Assembly: GCA_023213395.1 (NCBI GenBank)
Contig: CM041465.1
Span: 119,295,741 to 119,359,740 of the forward strand
DNA length: 64,000 nt
Origin: Cycas panzhihuaensis
Lineage: Eukaryota > Plantae > Cycadophyta
Direction: 5' to 3'
Made by a program: the position numbers and the translations under genes. The notes beneath the pieces are model-generated. The model was not told the origin of the DNA. It did not search any database and saw only the letters and a list, made by a program, of their open reading frames with translations. Below, piece by piece: positions 50,601-64,000 of the stretch. Numbering within the stretch: position 1 is the stretch's first letter; the number at the start of each line of letters is the position of its first letter.

Positions 50601-51582
50601 GATGCATTTATGAGGTGTGCTTGAGAGGTAACGTTTGAGTGCTATTGGGGTTACATCTCAAGTTTGGACAATTGTTGAACATGTTTAAGGGCAAGATTTG
50701 ACTTATTTTGATGGTGTATTCTTTAATCAATTCAACGGGCAAAATTTAGGACATGTCAAGGGCATGAGAAAGATAATAAGAGGGCATTGCGATCAAGGTA
50801 ATGATTGATAAGAAAATGAGTTATTGTTACAAGGAAGCAATCTTTGGCATTGAGTTGATAGTGGAGTCCTTATAGTTATGGCCTTATGACAATATAAGTG
50901 AGTGATTTTTGAAGTAAGATCTTAGTTGATGTGTTGACATGATGACATGAGATGAAGTTTAATCTTTTTATTATTCATTTGTATGTGTTTCTATGAGAAT
51001 ACTTTGATGATATGAGGTATTGATGAGGTGTCTATTGAGGCTTTCTTGTATTTATTTCACTTGGGAGAGTACCTTGGTAATGTGAGACGATATTAACTTA
51101 TATTTTACACTTGAGACTTGTTGTGGATATATGATGAGATGAGTATGGTCCTTATAAGAGGCATGCATAAGATGACTTAATAGTGAGAAGAGACATCTAT
51201 TGTTTCTGTTATATGTGTTTGCATGAGAGAGTTGATGAAGTGATGACTTGGCAATTATGAACCTTGTAACATGTGAGGTTACATGACAAGGTTGGACACT
51301 TTGTTGGGTGAGTTAAGGAAGAAATTAGGCATGTTTCATGATGTGAACAGGCAAAGAAGGATGAGTTTTTGTTGAAGTTACAAGTTACAAGTGTAATGGC
51401 ATGAGTTGTGTGTTTTGGGCAATCAAGTGAAGTGTGTGTCTTGATAGTGACATATGACATGTATGATCATTGTGAGATTTATGAGGAAATTTATTGAAAG
51501 TGATCAACAGGCAAGTTACCAATGATAAGTGAGTTTATTAATTGAAAAAAGGAAATGGTATATGGACATGACATTTACAATC

Positions 51583-52608
51583 ATGGAGGATAATGATGTA
51601 GTTATATATGCTCCTGAAACAAATGAATATTACTTAAGGGATTTGTTTCTACCAGTACCTAAGTGCAATGGTGAAGACTACTTCTTTTAGGCAATTAAAA
51701 TGAGATGTCTATTCATAGCTAGAGGTTTGTGGAAGATTGTTAATAATGAATATGATATCCCTAAGGATGATGAAGAAAAGGAAATGCTTGAGAAGAAAGA
51801 TAGAAAAGCATTCATTATAATTCATGCTACATTCAATGAGGTTGATCTTCCTTCCAAATTCCATTTTATCATTCCTATGATTCTACATATAAATAATGCT
51901 AAAGAAGCTTGGAATTTTCTAAGGGAAGTATTTGAACAAACTCCTAAAAAAACTCAATGAATGATTGAAAAAGCAATTAAGGCTAGTTATGGTACAGGTA
52001 CAATAAATAAAGAAAGTATGATCAACATTGATGAAATAACATGTCAAGATGAAGAATGTCTAAGTACTAACGAAACTTCTGCTATTAAATGCATTGATGA
52101 GATTACAAATGAAGACATTGAAAGTGATGAATTGATTTCAAGAGAAATTGAATCTAATGATCCTATAAAGGATGAGTCTTATATTGATGATGTTCCTTTT
52201 TTAAGCATTGATTCAAGTTCAAAGAGTATGCAAGATTCCAGTCCTGGGATTGAAGAATTCACTATTATTCATGATGATCAAGAGTTTACACAAGATAATG
52301 ACGATACACAAATTATGATTGAAGATGGTTACTTACAGGATCTTCATCAGACTAGACTAGTCGCAATAAAGAAACATGATCTACACTTACTAGAGTAGCT
52401 ACATCAACGTCGTCACTACAGAATTGAAGATGGAAATTAAGCTAAGGATATCATCTTACAACGGCATTAGTATAGAATTGAAGACAAAAATCAAGATGAA
52501 GACATCATTCTATACCAAAGACATCATTACAAGATTGAAGACAAGGATAAGGTTGAAGACATCATTCTCAAGATATTTCCAAGGACAAAGCACTGCAAAT
52601 ACAAATGA
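51583..52608 (+). pseudogene. Copia Gag N-terminal-like + acidic + tandem-repeat ORF at the 3' end of F (in-frame stops only)
   Basis: One frame from ATG 51583: VPKCNGEDYFF*AIKMRCLFIARGLWKIV..AKEAWNFL (copia gag N-terminus). It continues through ORFs 51700-51960 and 51961-52398 into three QRHHYRIED-like repeats. Confidence 0.8.
52405..52570 (+). repeat. 57-60-bp tandem repeat x3
   Basis: Units caacg..ta.agaattgaaga..aaat.aag...a.ga.atcat at ~52405, ~52458 and ~52515. Confidence 0.8.
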
Positions 52609-54623
52609 CCCAAATGTACATTAAGGAGGAGTGTTAGAACATTAATGTATATTTGATTTGTTCCACATGCAAGTGGGTCCTACTCTTCCATCATGACTTG
52701 TATTATAAATACATAATATTATGTATCATATTGAAATATTATTGTAATAATATTCTGTTAATACAATGTAGGTATCTTAAGGGTACCATTCGATCTTGTG
52801 GAGGTGTGTTTCATTCTGTTTGTGAAGATTGTTTATGTAGGTTAATTTCCAACACTTTCCACTTCCATATATGTCATTCTTATTAGAGGAGTCAATGTTG
52901 TACCAGGGATACAATGGCTCAAATCACTAGGGACCACTCAACTAAATATATAGGAGCTCTTCATCTAATTTACTTTTGAAGGCATCAACTATCAAGTGAA
53001 TGGCATTATTCCTCCCTTAACCCAAATCATTAACTCACATTGTAAGGAGAGATTTATTAAAAGGGGTGGTACAAGGATCATTACCAAATATTATGTTGTA
53101 TAAGGCCTAAAATTTCTAATAGAGGGGGACATTCTCCAAGATGATGGTATCCCAAATGATTTAAAATTAGTGTTTCACCACCACGACCAAGTCTTTCAAA
53201 ATATTTCTCAAAGTCTTCCCCTAATATGTGACCAAGATTATGGCATTGACCTAGTAGCTAGAAGTAATTCTCCTTATATTTGACCATAGTAATACCTCTA
53301 CCAATAAAAGAATAAAATTAAACAACTAGATTAAGAACTCCTAAATTTTGGTACTTTTAGGAAAAGTAAAAGTATCTTTTCTACCTCAATGATTTTAGTA
53401 AGAAAAAAGGATGACTCATTTTGCATGTGTGTAGACTATTACAAGCTGAATAAGATAACCATCAAGGATAAATTCCCTATACCAATCATCGATGAACCCT
53501 TAGATGAGCTCTATGGAGTAATATTCTTCACATCATTAGACTTGTAGTTTGGATACCATCAAATTAGGATCAAGGTAGAGGATATTCATAAGATGACATT
53601 TCATACACACAAAGGACATTATGAATTTTTAGTCATGCCCTTTGGCCTTACTTAAGAAAGTTTGTGTTAATTTTCTTTAATGACATTTTAATCTTTAATC
53701 ATACTTAAGAAGACCATCTTTAGCATGTTGATAAGGCATTACAAATACTTACAGACAACAAACTTTATGCCAAAAAGTCAAAGTGTTAATTTAGACAATA
53801 GAAATAGGATATTTTGGCTATATTATCTCCCAAAAAGGAGTCAAATTGGATCCTAAGAAAGTTGTAGTTATCACAACTAGCTTAAACCCAAAAACATCAA
53901 GGGCCTTCATGGATTCTTAGGTATCACATGGTATTATCGAAAGTTTATTTAAGGTTATACAAGTATTACTTTCCCTTTAATCAACCTATTAAAAAAGGAT
54001 TCCTTTCATTAGAATGATAAGGCCTCTTTAGAAATTAAATAATTAAAGATGGCTTTAACTACCTCTCTAGTCCTTGCAACACTAGACTTTATAAAGACCT
54101 TTACCATTGAATGCAATGCATTAAGGCAAGGTATTAGAGTAATTTTAATGCAAGAAGGGAAACCTCAAGCCTTTGAAAGTCATTAACTTAAACCTAGGGA
54201 TCAAGTCAAATCTACTTATAAGAAGAAGATGTTTATAATTCTCCAGTCAATTAGGAAATGATGATAATATTTACTAAGGACATGTTTCCAAATTAAAATA
54301 GACCATGACAGCTTAAAATATTTCCTAGCTCAAAGGATAGCATCTAAGGAACAACAAAAATAGATCACCAAAATTCAAGCTTTTGACTTTGAAATCATAT
54401 ATAAAAAAGAAAGAATAATCTAGTGGTTGATACTTTATCTCGCAAGGAAGAAGGCTCTGCATTATATTCTATCACCATGGCCAATCCCTCTTAGATAGTA
54501 GTAACCAAGCAAGAATGGGATCAAGACCCCTTTACAAAGTAGATTATTCAAGACCTTCAAGCTAGGGTAGGGCATTCAACCCACTATATATGGTCCACAA
54601 ATATTCTCTAGTATAAGAATAGG

Positions 54624-55123
<500 letters not shown>

Positions 55124-57391
55124 CCTCACTCTAGTTTCAAGAAGTAAATTTTGCATGATGTGCATGCTTCTTTAATAGTAAGTTACTTGGGTTTCCTATG
55201 AGCATACCACTGCTTAAAATAATCTTTCCTTCAGAAGGGCCAAAAATAGGATATAAAGTGATATATTTCCTCACGTGAAATTTGTCAATGACATAAGATA
55301 GAAATAGTCAAGTCCCTAGGACTGTGGCAACCCCTTCCCTTACTAAATCAATGATGGGAAGAAATTTTTATAATCTTCATCATGGATCTACCCAAGTCAA
55401 AGGAAATGATATTATACTTATTGTTGTTGATAGGTTAACTCAATATGCTTATTTCTATGGTATCCAAGCTACATATAAGGTAAAGCAAATTATTGAGATC
55501 TTTTTAAAGGATATACATAGATTGCATGGCATGCATAAACATATAATTAGCAATTAGAGCCCAAAGTTGGCTAGCAACTTCTGAACGAAACTCCCCCATC
55601 TGCTTAGTACCAAACTGATAATGAGCTCATCTTACCAGCCATAAATAAATGGTCAAACTTAGATCGTCAATAAGTGCCTTGAAGGATACCTTTTTTTTGT
55701 GCTTTAGATAAGTAGGGCCTATGGCATCATTGGCTTCCCTTAGTAGAATGGTGGTATAATACAACCTATCATGTATTAATAGGAATAACTTTATTCTAAG
55801 AATTATATAGTTATGAACCATCCACACTTAAGAATTATACCATAATCAGTTCTAAGGTTTAAGTAGTTGAGGACCACATCCACAAAATAATAGAGATTCT
55901 CAAGCTACTTAAGTAAATTCTAAATCTTGCACAAAATTAAATAAAATAATAGGTAGATAAAGGGTGAAGTAAACAAGAATTTTAACTAGGTGATTAGGTA
56001 TACTTATGGTTATAATTGTATAAATAAGTGTCTCTTAAAAGGGATGGGTAACATAAATTATAATCCCAATTTTATAGACCTTACAAAATTCTTAAGAAGA
56101 TTAGTGAAGTTACACATTTATTGGACTTACCACCACTATGAAGGATCTGTAATATCTCTTATATTTAATATCTCAAAAGGGTAATTAGATAGTAGGTACA
56201 AGTTTAAATAGAATTGCTTGTCTTCAAAAAGAAAGGAGAACTTCAACTCATTCTATAATGCATCATCGATAGAAGAATCTAGCATTTACAATCCAAGTAA
56301 ATCATTAAGTGTCTCATCAAATGGAAATAACTTCAATAAGAAGATATAACCTAGAAGAATGAGCAGTTTATCCATGAGCATCCTAAGATCAATAAACTTT
56401 AAGGGAAAGGCTTATTTAAAGTCTAGGACTTATTAGGGATCCAACACCTAACTTACCTTCTCTTATATCTTATGCTTCTTCTCTCTCTTATCTTCTCTTA
56501 TATCTTTTATTTTTTTACTTCTTCTCTCTTCTTAATATTCCACATGCATTAGTAGAAGGTTATATAGTGGCCATATAGCCCTATATATATTTATGTAATC
56601 CTAAGAGTATAGTATATGGAATATCATTACTATTGCATATAATTAGAAGGTTGCGCCTTCAAAGGGTATTATAATATAAGTGCTACTTTTATGTTATCTA
56701 GGCACTGTGCTAGTGCATTATTATCATTGAAGGAGTGGTATCCTACCAAATTCTACAAAGATAAAGACTTTTCTTAAATGGACCATGCTAAATAATACTA
56801 CTAAATTAAGAAGTTTTCTAGGGCTTATGAGTTATTATCAATAATTTGTAAAGAATCATACATAGCAATATCTATCCTTGTAAACCTTTTTTAAAAGGAT
56901 TCATTCTAGTGGAATGTATAAATATAAAAAGATTTCTAATTATTGAGAAAAGCAATGGTAACGTTACCTACATTGACATCATTGAATTTCTAAAAACCAT
57001 TCATCCTCAAATATGACTCTTCAAGAATAGGTATTGGGGCTATATTAATACAAGAATAAAGGCCTTTAGTATTCAAGAGTAGAAAACTAAATACTAGGGA
57101 ACAAATTTATTTAATCTATGATAAGGATATGCTAGCAATATATATGCCCTACACAAATGGTAGAAGTATCTACTAAGAAATAAAGTTGTATTTAAAATAG
57201 ACCATAATAGTGTCTAATGCCTCTTAAAATAAAAGGAGTTATCCCCCTAACAAAAAATAAAAATTAGTAAAATTCAAGCATATGACCTTAAAATTCCCTA
57301 CAAGAAAGAAAAACTAAATGTCATTATTGATACTCTTAATTAAAGAGAAGAAGAAGAAGAACTATATATAATAACCATGATGACCTTTAGT

Positions 57392-57696
57392 TGTATAACA
57401 TAACTCTAAGCCTGATTTAGGGCATATTTCTTTATGTTGAGGTTATTCAATGTACTGTGAGTAAGGTAGTGGTTGGTTGTTGTTGTTGAGAGCACTCTGC
57501 TACTAGTTATGTATATTATCTCCATTCTGTGATAATAAAGATCGATACCTTTCCTGTATGGATGTTTCCCTAGCATATTGTCGGGGTTTTACCATGTTAT
57601 ATCAGGTGTACATTTTATGCTTGGATTTCTTATTTATTTTATTGTTTTATCTTTGGTTTAAGAACTAAAATGTAATTTTAGTTTTGATTCCTATAA
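57392..57696 (+). mobile_element. Solo LTR (305 bp)
   Basis: Starts with TG, flanked by TTAGT / CTAGT, interrupts H pol. AATAAA followed by a GT-rich tail. No PBS or partner LTR. Confidence 0.75.
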
Positions 57697-58573
57697 CTAG
57701 TTACAAGAATAGTTTAGATCTTGGTGGTGGTTTCAGGGTATTGGGACCTTGTCATCTCAACAAGCCATACTGATTTTTTTAAAACATATCTCACATGCAA
57801 ACAATTATTCTTCTTGAAATATATGAAGGAGGGCATCCAAAAATACATAATGGTATATCCACTCTTTCAAACAAATAAGTATGATAATGTAGCCATCACA
57901 GGCCTACTACAACCACTATTTATTTCACAATAAAAGTGGGAAAATGTTAATATGAATTTCATGGAAAGATTACTTATGCCATAAGAAAATGATGAAATTT
58001 TTATTATAGTTAATAGAGTGAAACTTTACACATTTTATAGCTATACAACAACTTATAAGGCCTCCCAAATAATAGAGGTATTCATAAATGAGATACATAA
58101 GTAGCATAGGTTGTATAAGTTATCACACATGATTATCATTAATCAAGATCATATGTTTGTGAGTCACTTTAAACAAGAATTATTTAAGCAAGTTAACCAT
58201 GAACTTAAGAGACCACCTATAAAAAGTGGTCAACAAATATTTAAAAGGTTATATTAAAAACAATCATTGACAAATAAGATATATGTATCAAATAGCTACA
58301 TCTTGTAAAAGAATAACACAATTTTACATCCCCCTCAACTATCCAAATGTTCCCATTCATAGCCCTCTATAATTATCACTAAACATCCCGTGAAGAATAG
58401 GTATTAAAAGATAGTTATACAATAATAGTTGAGGATTATTTACAAGAAACTCAAGACATTTTATGAATTTTAAAAGAACACCTAACAATAGTATATAATG
58501 GAATGAAACAACAAATAAATAACATCATGTAGAAAAGAAATTTAATATAGGTGATCAAGTATATGTTTATTTG

Positions 58574-61190
58574 TATTAAAGTGGTAGTTTAGGGTAAACA
58601 TTTCTGGTTAATGCTAAGTGGTGATTAATTAATATTAAGCCAAAGGGCACAGATACCAAGAGTTGTAACCATTGGTTAATGCATAATTTCAAGTGTTATA
58701 TAGACCCCTAGGTGGTATTTATAATAAGGAGTCAACCATATCAAGGAGGATGTATCAATCAAGATTAGAAGAAATTTAGTCAATTATTATTCATGTGAGT
58801 TCTTTTCTAAAATGGTTTTTCCACATAAAATCTATGTAATATGAAATTATACTCTCTTATAGATGCTTTCATATGTATGATGAAGATCCTAGTTGTTCAA
58901 AAATATATGATTTCATAATTTCATATTTCTTCATATAGTATTAGAGCTGAACACATGTATATAGTTAAAGCTACAATTTAATGAGGTGATAAGATCAATG
59001 TTGTTTAGTAACACTCATGAGAGCCTTGTTTATAGTGATTTTAATATTTTTTTATAAACAAAAGAGTGTCATAATGGTGTAATGGTGATTAAAGAGATGT
59101 AATTCACCTATCAATAAGATTTTACCCTTGTCTATAATTATAAATCAACATTAGACACTATCTAAATAGTGTTAAGTTCATGTTAAAATAATTCAAGCTT
59201 GGTTGGTCACGTTGGGCACTCAAATTACCTGTTGGTCCATATTTGAGGGTGATTTAATGGTGGTGGGTTTTATTAGGCTCATTCTAAGAGTGTTGGAGTC
59301 TATTCAAAGGTCATTTAGATATGTTGGGCATTAAATTTTCTGTTTAGATAATAGATAGGTTGTTGGTACATTACATGGACATGATTAGATATATTTAAGG
59401 AGTGCTTTACATTGTGTTTGTGGTGTGGTAATGCATTATATTGTATATAGATATTTTAATGTTTATTTTAGATCCAATTCTCTTGTTTAAAGGTTGTTGA
59501 ACCATTTATGCTAATATGGTATACTGTGATTTATTAGATATGTAATGATTTATAATTAAGATTATATTCTTCTTTAAGCTTACAAGCCTTAGGTTATGAT
59601 TACAATTATTAATTACTCATCTTTATGTATTTCTAAATTCATGTATACCTTAAAAGTCATATCCACATCTCTTTGAAGGAAGCCATTGCATGTTAGATTT
59701 TTTTTTTTCAATTGATGAATAATTTAATCATTCATTGAAAGCATAGATCTAAAATATTAAGGATCAAAGATGATTTTAAGCATGTTGGAAGCAATGCAAA
59801 GCTAATTTGAAACTTGTTTGTTACTTGTTTGAAGGCCATGTTTATTATACAGAGCTATATGAGAAAACTCTAATGTTCTAAAAATTTTATATTAAGATTA
59901 TTTGAAGATTAATTGTGTTGAAGCCTTATTCTAATATGGAAATCTCATATGATGATCCTACTTGGTGAGTGCTCATTTTAGAGATTGTTTGGAACATGAA
60001 TGCATATTATGGTAGAGCATGTTATGTGCATTTATGGTTCACTATAGGTGGCATGATGGTTTATATGTGTATCAGATCAAATGATAATGTTATGCTTATT
60101 ATTTGCCTAAGACCATATGGACAAGTGAATTAACATAAAAAATTAATTTAAAATATCACAATATATGGGAAGGGCATTATTATACATATGAAGAGTGTGA
60201 AGGTATGTATGGCGTGTAAGGACCACAAAAATTAAGCACGAGGTTGCATTTATAGTATGGAAGGCCATATATAAAGCATAAAATCCATGTTTGAAGTGTT
60301 AGAACACTATCGTAGAGTGTTTTAAGGGGTGTGAACCTTCAAAATATAATTAAAACTCATGTCTCAAGCTATCATGAAGCTATTCAAGGTATGGATTATT
60401 TAATGTATAAAAAAAGACATTGTTAGGTAGCCTTTATATAATTCCAAGAGAAAGTGTCAAGCCCATCTATAAGTGTAAAGATTTTTACAGTAGTGTGACA
60501 TTAAGAGAAACCATGGAAGAAGTGGATTTAGGGTGTCTTCCAAAACTTGGTATATTAACCATTGATAAAAGTGATCTAAAAGAGATTTTAACAAGTGAAA
60601 TTTACATCTATGGGATGATGAAACTATCATTGACTTCATATCAGATATCATCCATTCACAACTTAAATTAGACACATCAATGTTAGATCATATCATTTTA
60701 AAAACTTAGTGAAATTATCCTAGAGGGGGAATATGTCAAATATAGATAAGACACCGAGGACAATTCTAATATTTACTAAAGACTTCAAACTATAGATCAA
60801 ATCCCCACTTTTGCATTAAGGAGTGATGTTAGAATGGTAATTTAGGTTAATTACTTATGATTAATGTTAAATAGTGACTAATTAATATTAAACCAAAAGG
60901 TACAAATACTAAGAGTTTCAACCATTGGTTAATGCACCATTTAAGGTGTTATATAGACCTCTAGGTGGTATTTGTAATCTGGAATAAACTATACCATGGA
61001 GCATGTATCAATCAAGATTGGAAGAAATATACTTAACCATTATTCTAGTGTGAATTTTTTATTGAAAAGTTTTTCCCATACTAAACCTATGTACTGTATA
61101 CCTCTGCTCTTTCATATAGGCTTATATATGTATGATCAAGATCCCATTTATTTAGAAATATATTATTCCATAATTTCATATTTCTTCGTA
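58574..61190 (+). mobile_element. Element I: 2.6-kb non-autonomous LTR element
   Basis: LTRs 58574-58935 and 60827-61190. TSD ATTTG / GTTCG, and the host frame VYVYL|QPYK rejoins. PBS tagtattagagc at 58936. PPT cattaaggagtga. Confidence 0.88.
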
Positions 61191-61789
61191 GTTCGCAACC
61201 TTATAAGTATACTTCTCTCAAAGTTACTCAAAAGAAAATTTTAGTTTATCATTTTACCAACATGATAAAATGCAAAGAATGATTAGCCAGGTAGCATATT
61301 TATTATAACTCCTAACCTCCAATAAGATACATAACATTTTATATGTTTCTTATTGAAGAATAAATTAGGAGATCATGTCCTAGTATAAATTAAAATTCTA
61401 ATGTTAGATGAGAAGGAGAAGTTAATCCTCATTCCTGAATCAATCATCTAAGGATGGAAAAAAAAACATTGCATGGAAAGACCATAAATAAATACTTGGT
61501 CAAATGGTGTTAACTTTTAGTCAAAAACTCCACCTGAACATCAACGAACATATTACAAAGATGCCCAACATTATAAAATAATCAGTTTGATGAAAAAGTA
61601 TCTTAAATAGGGGTGATTTTTAATAAACTTTAAATTAAATTGAGCCAACTCCATCAAATTGGTCATTAAATTCCTATAAAAGGGGGGGAAATAAAAAATA
61701 TTGATTATTATACTTCCTTTTCTAAAATACCCTCATTAAGAATCATATTATCTATCATTTATATTTCTTAATCTCGCTTGGACTACCTA

Positions 61790-62338
61790 GGCTTTCCACA
61801 CTTCTCTCTAATCTTGCTCATAATATTAACTACTCTAGTTCCTATAAAAGTGAAAGGTTCACCTAAAATTAAAAGTATTTGGCAAATATAGGAAGTAGGC
61901 AAACAACTTCTGAAGTAGTTTGGAGATCCACCAAAAAAGGTTATTTCATTTGGAATTCATTTAATCTAATAGACCCCTTTACTTCATAAGGATAATAAAT
62001 GACTTGGACAAGTGCCATGGTTTAAATCGAAGCCCCTTGTCAGAGAAAGACTTTCCAGTGAACCTATTTTTTAACCTTATCAAGGGATGATAGAGGAATT
62101 AGGTAGATGTTAAATAGGATTTTTGTTTGAAGAATTATAAGTTTATTCTTAAAGACATTATGAGTATTTTTTAAACTAGTCAAATCCCAAACCTATTATT
62201 CCCTTTAACTTGAAATGGTAGAGAGGCTAGAATTGGAATTTTTCTAAAGAATTTGTGACATAGTCCACCTCCCATATATAAATTTCTTTTACCCTCTCTT
62301 GAACTTATCAACATCAAAGAATAACATTTAATTAATTA
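61790..62338 (+). mobile_element. LINE ORF2 remnant (piece 4)
   Basis: PIKVKGSPKIKSIWQI resembles the L1 GSxxWKSI / W segment expected after piece 3. Boundaries approximate. Confidence 0.6.
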
Positions 62339-63108
62339 TGTTAAGGATCATATAGAGCAATAAATTAATGTTGTAGTTCTTAATTTAAAAGTGGATTAAA
62401 TATGACAGTTAAGTAGATAAGTTATAGTAGTTCAACCTCTCTTACAATGATTTGTATTTATATGCTATAATGATTTACGTATTAGGACCATTTAATAACA
62501 ATATAATGTGAGATTTTTCTCAAGCATTCTTCTAAATGTGTGCATTCTAACTTTCATAAAATTTTAATATCAAAGTATCAACATTATGGTATTCTAATAT
62601 TAGAGTTTGAGTCAAACTAAGACATTTCCATGCTTGGAGCTCAAGATGGCACTTCTTAAAACCAAGACTAATGAGAAGCATGCCTAGTGAAGATTCTTGA
62701 AACCCTTATTAATATGATAAGAAGTTACCATGAATATGTGGAGGTATCCCAAAACAAAGAAATTAAAAAGAATGTAGAAACCCAACAAGAGAGCCATGAG
62801 ATTTTAAATTATTAAAAGCCATTATTCTCCATCAGGAGTTTAATAGTGTTTAACTCAACAAAGAAGACTCATGTTAGGTCAAATAGAGCTAAGTAGTACT
62901 AGCATAAGTGAGTTGAATGGCATGTGGGGAAGGACTATAGAAGAATGTCATACCAATGCATTGAAGCAATTATTGCATACACAAGGAAAGGTAAAGAAAA
63001 AAGGGCTTGGTGAGGTAAGCTCAAGAGAAAATACACATAATGTATCATGGGAGCTTGGTGTGTATATCTTCATTAATCATTCATTTTACAATATTTTTGA
63101 GCTTTCAA
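62339..63108 (+). mobile_element. Possible degenerate LTR/copia fragment
   Basis: TGTTAAG start, a PBS-like remnant near 62588-62606, and a WG..IEE copia-RT-like remnant near 62925. Weak. Confidence 0.3.
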
Positions 63109-63109
63109 G

Positions 63110-63650
63110 AGGCAAATTTACTAAAGTTTCAATTATTTGACATTGAGAATGAGTACAAGATTAATGGTTTTGGAAACTATTTAATGGATATTGCTTCTTA
63201 ATAAATTCTAGTAAGTCTCATTTTAATTTTGTCGTATAATGGTCTCCATATGATAATTAATGAGAAGATGGGCTAAAATTCATTATTTTCTTTGAGTTAA
63301 AGGTATCTAAGAAAGGCAAATCAAGAAAATTAGCATTTGAATGAATTGTCTTAAAGATTTCTCAACTTTATATAGCCTATTGCACTAAATTGAGTTAAAT
63401 TTTATATTTAGAATGTTATAGAAGGTGGTGTGGTAAAAATAACCTTTTATTACTTATTGTAAGAATGTGTAGAAATGTTAGTCTAGAAAAATTTTGTATG
63501 TCTGTTTTGGTGTATTCTACTCAAAAGTACTATAAGGGAAGCTAATTTAGTTAGATTTTTAATAGGCTAAGCTTAACAAGGAGGAAGAAGGAAATTGAAC
63601 CCCATACTATAATGTAGTTATTTAATTAGGGTGGATTGTTGATAATTTCA
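63110..63650 (+). mobile_element. LINE ORF2 C-terminal remnant (zinc-knuckle region, piece 5)
   Basis: KSRKLAFE*IVL (cf. PKxKxFxWxxL) at ~63317-63352 and ITFYYLL*EC...V* (cf. ETxxHLLWEC..VW) at ~63440-63486. Confidence 0.55.
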
Positions 63651-64000
63651 AAAATAATTAGACCTTATAGCTATATTAATTGTGTTTCTTCCAAGGTTTG
63701 AGAAGCAATGTGGATACTAATTTTTCCATGTTGTCATTCAAGCTATGATGATCCTAATTTTCTATGTTTTTGGCCTTTAAGAGCCTTTTGGAAACTCCAT
63801 GTCTACTAGTTATGTTATTGTCAATTGCATAAATTATGTTGATAGTGATATGCATCCTTTTTTTTTGGAGTGTGAGGTAAGCTCACTCAATTAGGAGCAT
63901 GTTATGATTAATGTACATGTTGTATTAAATTTTCATGTGATGTTTATAGAAAGAGGAGCAAACTACCAATCCCTTGTCACAAAGAGTCCCCCTCCATCAA

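Larger units (their letters stand above)
47648..52854 (+). mobile_element. Element F: 5.2-kb non-autonomous copia-related LTR element inserted in G protease
   Basis: 223-bp TG..CA LTRs 47648-47870 and 52632-52854. TSD CTTTT / CTTTC. PBS tggtatcaaagc at 47871. PPT aaggaggag 52623-52631. No RT or integrase motifs. Confidence 0.95.

Noticed and set aside
61779-61805. Exact 3' end and TSD of element H (tggactaccta 61779-61789 resembles tggattaccta 41632-41642; alternative end TTCCACA at 61800)
   Set aside because: The two readings are incompatible, so the boundary is left approximate.

Overview
This is intergenic, heavily C>T/G>A-eroded plant genomic DNA. A large methylated genome, gymnosperm-like, is my inference. 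I found no host gene, RNA gene or CRISPR array. Almost the whole 64 kb parses as nested insertions inside one old L1-type LINE ORF2 (+ strand), which survives as about 5 pieces: 1-1215, 23920-24168, 41406-41640, ~61790-62338 and ~63110-63650. The LINE was inflated by three composite LTR blocks. Block 1 is chromovirus B (1216-23919). It contains non-autonomous element D (4691-14908), which itself holds the very young copia E (6548-14117), and chromovirus L (16716-22456). Block 2 is copia C (24169-41405, minus strand), with a duplicated gag/leader, truncated elements J and K, and a GC-rich 3.7-kb solo-LTR-like insertion (34921-38605) that has bipartite terminal inverted repeats and a ~1-kb fold-back. 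Block 3 is chromovirus H (41641-~61800). It contains chromovirus G (44730-56748, holding non-autonomous element F at 47648-52854 and a ~500-bp (TA)n), a solo LTR (57392-57696) and non-autonomous element I (58574-61190). The best leads are the structured 3.7-kb insertion, the structured RNA domains in the leader and 3' UTR of copia E, and element F, which carries CpG-retaining coding-like cargo plus a 3'-located Gag-N/acidic/repeat ORF. All alignments, folds and counts were done by eye.
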